A stretch of DNA of 64,000 nt from Verrucomicrobiota bacterium (lineage in GTDB: Bacteria > Verrucomicrobiota > Verrucomicrobiia > Limisphaerales > AAA164-E04), in assembly GCA_047947115.1 (NCBI GenBank), contig CP170459.1, positions 4,768,001-4,832,000 on the forward strand, read 5' to 3'. Position 1 is the stretch's first letter, and each line of letters begins with the position of its first letter. The translations under genes and the position numbers were made by a program. Below, in pieces: positions 22,427-30,486 of this stretch. The notes under the pieces were generated by a model that worked only from the letters and a program-made list of their open reading frames with translations, was not told where the DNA came from and did not search any database.

Positions 22427-22858
22427 TCAGATCATCTTTTTCAGGCATGCTTCCAGGGCGAGGTGGTAGGAATCTTCACCAAACCCGGCGATCTGCCCGA
22501 TGCATACGGGGGCAATCATGGATTGATGGCGAAAGGATTCACGGGCATGGATGTTGGATAAATGAATTTCAATGGTCGGCACCTCGGCAGCTGAAATGGC
22601 ATCTCTCAATGCGATGCTGGTGTGTGTATAAGCCCCGGCATTCAACACTATGAAATCAAATTGACCACGCGCATCCTGAATCCAGGTCACCAATTCCCCT
22701 TCATGATTGGATTGCCTGAAATTAATCTCCACACCTGCGGCTTTTGCGCGTTCACGCAGGGTGTCACCAATGTCGCCCAATGACTTGGAACCGTAGATCC
22801 CCGGCTCCCTCAAACCGAGCATGTTCAGGTTCGGTCCATTCAGGAATAAAATTCGCAT
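22427..22858 (-). CDS. aroQ: Type II 3-dehydroquinate dehydratase
   Basis: LNGPNLNMLGLREPGIYG, QSNHEGEL, NAGAYTHTSIALRDA, EIHLSNIHARE. Confidence 0.96.
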   Translation of the reverse strand: MRILFLNGPNLNMLGLREPGIYGSKSLGDIGDTLRERAKAAGVEINFRQSNHEGELVTWIQDARGQFDFIVLNAGAYTHTSIALRDAISAAEVPTIEIHLSNIHARESFRHQSMIAPVCIGQIAGFGEDSYHLALEACLKKMI

Positions 22859-22902
22859 GTCAGCTAATTACCCCAAAACCTGGCGTCTGTCGATCTTGGA
22901 AA

Positions 22903-24531
22903 TCAACGGGACGCCAAATCGTCCGTGCTGGAATCGTTGGGCGGCAGCGTCCATTTGGACTTACCATTCAAATCAAAGGCCTGTAATGCACCATCAAACG
23001 TTCCCACCACCAGACTCTTCTGGCTCTCCCAATAAATGAGACAGGAAAGCGGTTGCTTGGTGCGGGCCATCACTTTTTCATTACCTGTATTGGATGATTG
23101 AGCCCCGCTATGTTCCTGCAAGTCGAGGTAGCGGTAAAGATCGCCCTTTTGGTTGATGGCAAACAACTGCGATTTTTCGGGCTCCCAGCAAACATCCAGA
23201 AAGCTGTATTGAGGCCGTCGCCCCAAATCAAACAGACGCTCCCTGGACTTCATATCCCATACCTTCAGAGAATTGTCGGAACCGGCTGATATCAACAATG
23301 AACCTTCACCATTCAACACGAGTGCCATGACGGGTGCGCTGTGCCCCTCCAGCCAATCCTGTTCGATTCCCGAATCAGATTCCCAGAGGCGCACCGTATG
23401 GTCCGCGGATGCCGTCATCCAGTAGCTGCCGTCAAGGGATTCCTGTATATCAAACACTTCATCGGCATGGGCTTTCCAGGATCGTTCAGGCGTTTCATTG
23501 AAATCGGTATAGACATGCACATTTCCATACAATCCGGGAATCCCTTCGGCAACCAACATGCGGGAACCGTCTTGTGTGAACGTGATGGCGTTGATCTGAC
23601 CTTTCAAAGGTCCGGACCATTCCCGAACAACCTCGCGTGTCTCCGCGTCCCAAACCACCAATCGCCCGAAGCCTCCGGAAACCCATTGTGTTCCATCAGG
23701 GGTCACCGCGATCGCTCGAACGGATTCTTTGTGCACTGCGGGTAATCGAACTTGCTCCGGCTTGCCCTCCAGCATGCGGGTCTCCACCAACGCTGAACCC
23801 TGAGACGAAAGCAACCTATCCTTGATATCGTTGGCCGCCATGGCCAGGACGGGGCGGTAGCTTTCCGGCAGTGCCCGAATCCGCCACTCTCGAGGACGGA
23901 CTTCGGGTGTTTGAAGCAGTGTTTCCGCATCCCAGGGCATTCCGGATTCAATCCAGTTCGTCAATAGTGCAATACTTGTCTCTTCCAACTGCTTCTTGGG
24001 AGGCATGTGCGAGTCTCCCGGATCGGTCAGCGTCTCGATCAGATAACTTTCCTCCGGTTTGCCATCCACCACCACCAATCCCGAATCACTCCCACGCAGG
24101 AGAGCCTCCCGGGTGTCCATGATCAACCCTCCCTTTGACTTTTCGGCATTGTGGCAGGAAAGACAGGAATCTCTCAACACCGACATGGCGTTCCTGGTCA
24201 AATCTGATGCCGGCTCGGCGGCTTCACCAGAAATCACCCCACAGCATAACAAGAAACCAAGCACACACCAAAATCCAACCGCTAATCTGGAGTGCTTAGG
24301 CTCGACGGAGCGTTGGATTCCATCCGCACACACAACAAACGCCCCTGATCCACAAGGAATTCCTGCCTGAAATGAAAAGTCGATGCTATTCATCATGTGG
24401 TCCGATCGAATGAACCGGCATGAGGATTCCCCCCCATTAGCGCTATTCTTTGCCACAGCATGCTGGATGCGTCCTTTCACATTGAAATAGCCCAGGATCC
24501 TTGACCGGAATATCGAACCAAACGCCCGCAT
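22903..24531 (-). CDS. Planctomycete-type cytochrome c domain + WD40 repeat protein (true start probably downstream of 24531)
   Basis: CLSCH...KGGL...MPP N-domain followed by WD40 repeats (TASADHTVRLW, GSDNSLKVWD). Confidence 0.8.
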   Translation of the reverse strand: MRAFGSIFRSRILGYFNVKGRIQHAVAKNSANGGESSCRFIRSDHMMNSIDFSFQAGIPCGSGAFVVCADGIQRSVEPKHSRLAVGFWCVLGFLLCCGVISGEAAEPASDLTRNAMSVLRDSCLSCHNAEKSKGGLIMDTREALLRGSDSGLVVVDGKPEESYLIETLTDPGDSHMPPKKQLEETSIALLTNWIESGMPWDAETLLQTPEVRPREWRIRALPESYRPVLAMAANDIKDRLLSSQGSALVETRMLEGKPEQVRLPAVHKESVRAIAVTPDGTQWVSGGFGRLVVWDAETREVVREWSGPLKGQINAITFTQDGSRMLVAEGIPGLYGNVHVYTDFNETPERSWKAHADEVFDIQESLDGSYWMTASADHTVRLWESDSGIEQDWLEGHSAPVMALVLNGEGSLLISAGSDNSLKVWDMKSRERLFDLGRRPQYSFLDVCWEPEKSQLFAINQKGDLYRYLDLQEHSGAQSSNTGNEKVMARTKQPLSCLIYWESQKSLVVGTFDGALQAFDLNGKSKWTLPPNDSSTDDLASR

Positions 24532-24652
24532 TATGTTCGCTGTTGAAGTCGCTCATGATGCTGAAACTTTAGGGACTCGATGCCACACATTCAATGTCTA
24601 AAACCGAGAGACCGTTTGAGTCACTCACTCGCACACGTGATTCAGAAACACT

Positions 24653-25801
24653 TCATCCCGGGCGCACTGCATCGAGTATTGTGTCGGCCATCATGTCCAA
24701 CTGTCCCACCCAAACTTCACGCCAGGCATCGGGCATGAACATCCAGACAACGGCTGCCAGTGCAATGTAGGGACCATAGGGAAGTCGACTGGACCAGTCA
24801 CGTTTCCCGATCAGGATCAGAGACACCCCGATGGCAGCTCCGATCATCGAACTGATCATCAGGGAAAAGAAAGTGGAATGCCAACCCAGGAAAGCACCGA
24901 TCGCCCCCATGAACTTGACGTCTCCAAATCCCATGGCTTCGCGAGGCAAGGTTATGGCATGGCAAACAGCTTCCATGTGAGGCACTTCATTGGGATCGTA
25001 TGAATCGTCACCGATGACCAGTTTCTTTTGGGACAGACTCACTTTCACCCCGGCATAACAACGATCCACCAATTCAAGTCGATCCGCTTCAAATCGAATA
25101 CAATCTGATTTGCGATAAAACAATTCCTCATAAGGAACCTCTTCATCAGGCAGGACCAAGGATGTTTCCGTGAAGACCAATTTGGCGGAATCAGGAAGCG
25201 CAACATGCATCTTCCCGAACATCAGTTTTCCGAGGCGCACGATGGAATAGACCAGCAGGAACCCCACCGCCCCCCCCAAGGCACTTCGTTCAAACGCGCT
25301 CATTCGATTTGGAGCATCCTGCAATGCCGGCACGGCCACTGAAAACACCAATCCCGCACCGATACCACCGAGGGTGATTTGATCCGGTATGATGAAATGT
25401 TCAAAATCAATCAAGGTCGCCACGACAAAGCCGGAAAGAATCGTCGCATAGGCCAGCGCCAAGCCGGTGGAAACCGGTCCCATCACCCACCAAGTCACCA
25501 GAAAAAGCAAACCCGTCAACAATTCCACCGCGAAATACCGAAAACTGATGGGAGCCTTGCATTGAGCGCATCGGCCACGCAGGACCAGCCACGTGATCAG
25601 GGGCATGTTGAGATACCATGGAATCCGATATTCACAATGCGGGCAATGAGAAGGCGGATGAATCACGCTCAAATCCCGCGGCATCCGGTGAATGCACACA
25701 TTCAGAAAACTTCCCACCATACTGCCCAGAATAAACCAGGCAACCGACCAGAAATGAAACGGCACGTACTGCCAGCGTTCGGGATCAAGTAATGAAGTCA
25801 T
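24653..25801 (-). CDS. pilD: Type IV prepilin peptidase
   Basis: GSFLNVCIHRMP, SHCPHC/RCAQC Zn motifs, catalytic LIDFEH and GFGDVK, LPYGPYI. Start chosen at MTSLL. Confidence 0.9.
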   Translation of the reverse strand: MTSLLDPERWQYVPFHFWSVAWFILGSMVGSFLNVCIHRMPRDLSVIHPPSHCPHCEYRIPWYLNMPLITWLVLRGRCAQCKAPISFRYFAVELLTGLLFLVTWWVMGPVSTGLALAYATILSGFVVATLIDFEHFIIPDQITLGGIGAGLVFSVAVPALQDAPNRMSAFERSALGGAVGFLLVYSIVRLGKLMFGKMHVALPDSAKLVFTETSLVLPDEEVPYEELFYRKSDCIRFEADRLELVDRCYAGVKVSLSQKKLVIGDDSYDPNEVPHMEAVCHAITLPREAMGFGDVKFMGAIGAFLGWHSTFFSLMISSMIGAAIGVSLILIGKRDWSSRLPYGPYIALAAVVWMFMPDAWREVWVGQLDMMADTILDAVRPG

Positions 25802-25821
25802 GATACAATGATTCCAACATC

Positions 25822-26766
25822 TCAATGGGCCGAAGGTTTCCCGTAAACATGAGCATGGAGCGCCTCTCTCATCACATCGGTGGGAGCCGGCCTGCCGGTC
25901 CATATTTCCAACGCAGCGGTTCCCTGATACAAAAGCATACCAAGCCCGTTGGCCGTTCGACACCCGGAAGCACGAGCCGCCTGGAGGAGTGCTGTTTCGG
26001 CGGGTTGATATATCATGTCGTAAACACTGTCGACGTTTCGCAAGTTGATCGCTTCCAGATCCAGTGGCAGATCATCACTGGTTTTCAGCCCAAGCGAAGT
26101 GGCATTCAGCAACAGATCAATGGAATCCCCATGCCTGGGATAGTCCAGGACGATGTCGACATCGGGGTATTTCGCCTGAATATCCCGGGCAACCGCTTCT
26201 GCTTTGGGCCGGGTTCGGTTGATGAGGTGAAGACGACTCACTTTGGCGGATGCCAGTTTCATGGCGGCCACCCGTCCTGCTCCACCCGCGCCCAGCAGGA
26301 CGCATTTGCTTCCCTTCAATCCCATCTCCAGATCTTCCTTGATGGATCGCAGGATTGCGTCGGCATCGGTGTTGAACCCGACACTACGAATGGACTCGAA
26401 TCCGGTTGGATCCTCCGCCTGTCCAACAGGCACCCACTCCCCGCCGCTGGTCTGTCCTTCGAAACGAATCGTATTGACCGCCCCCCATTCCCTGGCGGCG
26501 GGATCCACCTCATCCACCCAGTCCAGTGCCAACAATTTGTGAGGCACGGTCAAATTCAGTCCTACGAACCGCATGGACCGCGCGCCGGCCAGTGCCAGGT
26601 CCAATTGTTCAGGGGCTACGTCGAACGCCAGATAACGCCAATTCAACCCCATATCGGCGATACCGGCGTTCTGCATGGCAGGCGATGCGGAGTGCCGGAT
26701 CGGATGTCCGTACACGGCCGCATACAAGGTCGAGGCATTCAGATTGCTCTGTTGATTCAATGACAC
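25822..26766 (-). CDS. aroE: Shikimate dehydrogenase
   Basis: GHPIRHSASP, NLTVPHK, GAVNT, NTD, GAGGAGR, GLGMLLYQG. Confidence 0.93.
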   Translation of the reverse strand: MSLNQQSNLNASTLYAAVYGHPIRHSASPAMQNAGIADMGLNWRYLAFDVAPEQLDLALAGARSMRFVGLNLTVPHKLLALDWVDEVDPAAREWGAVNTIRFEGQTSGGEWVPVGQAEDPTGFESIRSVGFNTDADAILRSIKEDLEMGLKGSKCVLLGAGGAGRVAAMKLASAKVSRLHLINRTRPKAEAVARDIQAKYPDVDIVLDYPRHGDSIDLLLNATSLGLKTSDDLPLDLEAINLRNVDSVYDMIYQPAETALLQAARASGCRTANGLGMLLYQGTAALEIWTGRPAPTDVMREALHAHVYGKPSAH

Positions 26767-26938
26767 AGGGGGTCTTTATAAGGGGCGTGTGGTCAAACTC
26801 AACGTTGAATTTTCAATTTGATGTCTTTGGGTGAAACCGGCATATTTCTCGAGCACCCCTTTCGCCCTGCGAAAACAGAGCCTGCCTGTCCGTGGAATGG
26901 ATCGCCTTTAAACAACGAAACGTTTGAAGGTATAAAAC

Positions 26939-27596
26939 ATGTTGGCAAAAATTGATGCGGCTTCGGTTCGTGGAATCGAAGCATTTAAAGTAGAAGTGGA
27001 AGTCCACGTCGGTTACAGCGACTCCTGTGTCGTGATCGTCGGACTTCCGGACGCCGCCGTGCGCGAATCTCGCGACCGGGTCGGATCAGCCATGTCGAAC
27101 AGCGGATACCGCTTTCCTCAAGGTCGCACCACCATCAACCTCGCACCGGCCGACCTAAAAAAAGAAGGTCCCAGCTTTGATCTCCCCATCGCAATGGGCA
27201 TCCTTGCCGCAAGCGAGCAGATGGAACCCTGTTTACTGACCCGCTACATGCTCGTGGGGGAACTGGCACTGACGGGTGCCGTTCGACCGGTAAAGGGTAT
27301 TCTGCCCATCGCTCTCCGGGCCAAAGCCGAAGGCAAACGTGGCATCATCGTGCCAAGCGAAAACGCCCACGAAGCGGCCGTGGTCCAGGGCATTGAAGTC
27401 ATCCCCGTTCAAAACCTGCGCGAAGCGGTTCATTTTTTGGAGGAAGAAGTACCCATATCCCCGTGTCGAGTGGATCTCGATTCGCTTCTGGGCAAAACCA
27501 TCGATCCCGCATTGGATTTCAGCGATGTCAAAGGCCAGGAATCCGTCAAACGAGCGCTGGAAATCGCCGCAGCCGGCGGACACAACGTATTGTTAT
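26939..27596 (+). pseudogene. comM: ComM (YifB family, Mg-chelatase-like ATPase), 5' part interrupted by the island
   Basis: IVGLPDAAVRESRDRV, INLAPADLKKEGPSFDLPIA, DFSDVKGQ..KRALEIAAAGGHNVLL. Homology stops where the Walker A GPPGxGK should follow, and composition shifts there. Confidence 0.93.
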
Positions 27597-27601
27597 TGAG
27601 G

Positions 27602-27629
27602 TTGCAAATACCTTTTGGAGTGGTATGCT
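27602..27629 (+). promoter_or_regulatory. Candidate promoter of the integrase within attL
   Basis: TTGCAA (27602-27607), 16 bp, extended -10 TGgTATGCT (27621-27629). The ATG at 27636 is 7 nt downstream, with no Shine-Dalgarno. Confidence 0.55.
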
Positions 27630-27635
27630 TCACAA

Positions 27636-29291
27636 ATGCCTAAAGCTTACTCATATATCAGATTTTCTTCCCCCGAACAACACCGTGGCGATTCCTTGAG
27701 AAGACAACGTGCTGCTGCGGAAAATTACATTTCTGAACACCCTGAGTTAAAGCTTCATCTGGACGAGGATGTCTCAATGCTAGATTCCGGAATTAGTGCT
27801 TACAATCAGGACAATGTGTCAAAAGGAGCACTTGGCCGGTTTATGGACACTATGAGAGAGGGTAAAATAGAAAAAGGATCTTATCTACTGATTGAATCCC
27901 TAGATAGAATGAGTCGAGCGGAACCTTACAAAAGTGCACTGCTGCTCTTAGAAATAGTAAAGGCAGGTATCAAAGTTGTCACCTTGTTCGATGAAAAGAT
28001 TTACTCTGAGAATACATTGAATTTCGATAATTTGATCCTTGCCATCTGCACATTCAAAAGAGCTCATGATGAGTCTGAAACAAAATCCAAAAGAATCAAA
28101 TCCGTATGGTCAAGGAAACGCGGTTATGATTCGGTAATTACGAAACGATGTCCTCATTGGTTGGAATTCGACGAAAACGAGGGAGCTTTTAAACCTATTC
28201 CTGAAAGGGTCGAGTTGTTGGAAACGATTTTTCAAAGATTCTGCAGTGGTGAGGGCAAAGACAAAATTGCACGAAGTCTGAATAAAGCTGGAGAATCGCC
28301 ATGGGGAAGAGGAAAAGGGTGGCATGCTTCTTACATTCAAAAGATAATTCGTAACAGATCGGTTATAGGAGAATTTCAACCTCATGAATTATTTGATGGA
28401 AAAAGGATTCCTGTTGGTGAAATTAAATCAGGATATTATCCGGCAGTCATTTCCTCTCAACTATTTGAAAAAGCACAACAGCGCTTAAGTTCCTCCAAGC
28501 ATCAGAAAGGAAAACGTTCAGAAAATTTTACAAATCTATTCTCGGGTTTGGTTTACAGCGGCTTGACAGGATCATCAGTGATCTATGTTTCAAAGGGATC
28601 TAAAAAAACACAGAAATACTTGGTCTCCAGTGACGCAAAATCAGGCCTTGGTGAAAAATATGTCAGTTGGAGATATGATGCTTTTGAAATCTCGTTCTTA
28701 ACTAGCCTCCGCGAGTTGGATTTAAACTCCCTGCTCCCACCTCTTGAGCAAGCTGATAATAAATCTACGGAAGAAATAGCCAAAATTAACCAGAATCTTG
28801 CCTGTATTGAGAAAAGTCTAAAAAATATCCAAGATGGAATTGAGCGCGGCTCCAAAAAAGTCACAACACTCGTAAACCGAATGGCTGAACTGGAAGAAGA
28901 ACGAGCAATAATTTTAGAGAATCTGCAAGTTTTGCAAGATGAAATCGAAACACAAAATGCCATAAAAGCGACAGTAACAAATGCATCAATAGACATTAAA
29001 AGCCTAATCGAAGACCGTTTCAAGCCGGATATTCGCAAAAAACTATATGTTGAAATCCATAATTTAGTTGGAAAAATCGAGATTTTTTTTGAAAACAGCC
29101 CTTTTACAGCATCGGACGGCCTTGCATCGGAACATCCAGATCTACCACAACTTATTGCTGGAAGGTGTTTTGTGATTCATTTCAAATCCTTTAATTACTC
29201 CAAAGCCTGTTTTCCATCAAAAAAGGACCCAGCAATAGTACCAGTAATAATTGATGATTTGCGAGTTTCTGAAAAATTAAGAGCAGAATAA
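27636..29291 (+). CDS. Large serine recombinase (integrase)
   Basis: AYSYIRFSS catalytic Ser motif, ESLDRMSR, recombinase domain, degenerate zinc-ribbon region and coiled coil; 551 aa from MPKAY. Confidence 0.93.
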   Translation: MPKAYSYIRFSSPEQHRGDSLRRQRAAAENYISEHPELKLHLDEDVSMLDSGISAYNQDNVSKGALGRFMDTMREGKIEKGSYLLIESLDRMSRAEPYKSALLLLEIVKAGIKVVTLFDEKIYSENTLNFDNLILAICTFKRAHDESETKSKRIKSVWSRKRGYDSVITKRCPHWLEFDENEGAFKPIPERVELLETIFQRFCSGEGKDKIARSLNKAGESPWGRGKGWHASYIQKIIRNRSVIGEFQPHELFDGKRIPVGEIKSGYYPAVISSQLFEKAQQRLSSSKHQKGKRSENFTNLFSGLVYSGLTGSSVIYVSKGSKKTQKYLVSSDAKSGLGEKYVSWRYDAFEISFLTSLRELDLNSLLPPLEQADNKSTEEIAKINQNLACIEKSLKNIQDGIERGSKKVTTLVNRMAELEEERAIILENLQVLQDEIETQNAIKATVTNASIDIKSLIEDRFKPDIRKKLYVEIHNLVGKIEIFFENSPFTASDGLASEHPDLPQLIAGRCFVIHFKSFNYSKACFPSKKDPAIVPVIIDDLRVSEKLRAE

Positions 29292-29318
29292 CTTTTCCAC
29301 CCAATGATTCGAATAATC

Positions 29319-29336
29319 TCTAAACGGACGTTTAGA
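29319..29336. other. Candidate serine-resolvase crossover site (res site I)
   Basis: Perfect 8-bp inverted repeat around a 2-bp core, TCTAAACG-GA-CGTTTAGA, ~37 bp upstream of the resolvase start. Confidence 0.65.
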
Positions 29337-29373
29337 CTTGTGTTTTTTTCATTGTAACCTTACGATTTTACAT

Positions 29374-30054
29374 ATGGAATCCTTCGTAGCCTATTATCGA
29401 GTCAGCACACAAAGACAAGGGCAAAGCGGACTTGGTCTGGAAGCACAACAATCAGCAGTATCCCAATACATCAATGCAACCGGCGGAAAACTGGTAGAGG
29501 CATACCAAGAAATTGAATCGGGCCGCAACAATGATCGCCCAAAATTAAGAGATGCATTGCTCACCGCAAAAGCCAATAAGGCAAAAGTAGTTATTGCAAA
29601 ACTAGATCGTTTAGGGCGTCGAGCATCTTACATTCTGCGCCTAATTGACGAATCCGGTGTGGACTTCCATATTTGTGATATGCCCGATGCTGACAAATTG
29701 ACAATAACTATATTAGCTGCTGTAGCGGAGCGAGAAGCATCTGATATTTCAAAGCGAACAAAAGTAGCTTTAGCTGCAAAAAAAGCACGCGGAGCAAAAC
29801 TTGGAAACCCCAGACTTGAAGAAGCGAGGGCAAAAGCGTTGAAGAGCAACAAGATCATAAACACCGAACGCCAACAGAGATACAAAACAATCATTTCAGA
29901 AATCATCACTAAAGGAAGAGTCACAACACATAAGGAGATTGCTGAATGTTTGAATGCACGCGGAATCTCTACTGCAAGGGGTGGTAGATGGCATACAACA
30001 TCGGTCAGGAGACTAATCCCCTTTCCTGTTGAAACGTTTGCGGAATCTTTATGA
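29374..30054 (+). CDS. Small serine recombinase (resolvase/invertase)
   Basis: VAYYRVSTQRQGQSGLGLEAQ, AKLDRLGR, C-terminal HTH (IAECLNARGISTARGGRW). Confidence 0.92.
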   Translation: MESFVAYYRVSTQRQGQSGLGLEAQQSAVSQYINATGGKLVEAYQEIESGRNNDRPKLRDALLTAKANKAKVVIAKLDRLGRRASYILRLIDESGVDFHICDMPDADKLTITILAAVAEREASDISKRTKVALAAKKARGAKLGNPRLEEARAKALKSNKIINTERQQRYKTIISEIITKGRVTTHKEIAECLNARGISTARGGRWHTTSVRRLIPFPVETFAESL

Positions 30055-30339
30055 TATTTATGACTACGCACTTCTTCATCTTGAAATCCAACCCGCGCAA
30101 AATTGGGACACAGCGATCCACGAATACTTCACGACCATTACAAAGCACTGGTATCACATAAAGAACTTGAACAGTTTTGGATGTTAGATCCAAATTCAAT
30201 TCTCTGATTCTGCTTTCCGCACTTGTTCAAGACATTCAGAAAAATTTTTGAAAGATTGTGTTTACTTGGTCGATATCTCAAAAGAAATGGGTTTGATCAA
30301 ATTAATTAGTCATTATATGCGAAACTGGAGATTCAGTAT

Positions 30340-30365
30340 AAAAAAAGCCGCCCCAGCGGGACGGC
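30340..30365 (-). terminator. Rho-independent terminator ending the tracrRNA
   Basis: Minus strand GCCGTCCC-GCT-GGGGCGGC-TTTTTTT. Confidence 0.88.
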
Positions 30366-30445
30366 AAGAGGATACCACTTGGGATACCCTACGTAATCGA
30401 AATACTTTGTTGTGAAAAGCATTTCAAGGGATAGCTTGATACACT
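30340..30445 (-). ncRNA. tracrRNA: tracrRNA
   Basis: Anti-repeat 30409-30445 (minus strand AGTGTATCAAGCTATCCCTTGAAATGCTTTTCACAAC) is complementary to the GTTGTG-oriented repeat. It is followed by the hairpin AGGGTATC/GGTATCCT and a terminator. Confidence 0.9.
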
Positions 30446-30451
30446 GGAGAC

Positions 30452-30480
30452 ACTCTATACATAATTGGAAAGAACGTCAA
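30452..30480 (-). promoter_or_regulatory. tracrRNA promoter, divergent from cas9
   Basis: Minus strand TTGACG, 17 bp, TAGAGT. The predicted +1 is the first A of the anti-repeat (30445). Confidence 0.7.
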
Positions 30481-30486
30481 TAACAT

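Noticed and set aside
2558..26763. Long antisense ORFs such as 2558..3373, 19463..20737 and 25825..26763
   Set aside because: They shadow well-supported genes on the opposite strand in GC-rich DNA and have no recognisable motifs.
30186..30193. AGATCCAA also present at 35279-35286, as a possible target-site duplication or guide seed match around the CRISPR locus
   Set aside because: Only 8 bp, found post hoc, and not at an independently defined boundary; chance cannot be excluded.
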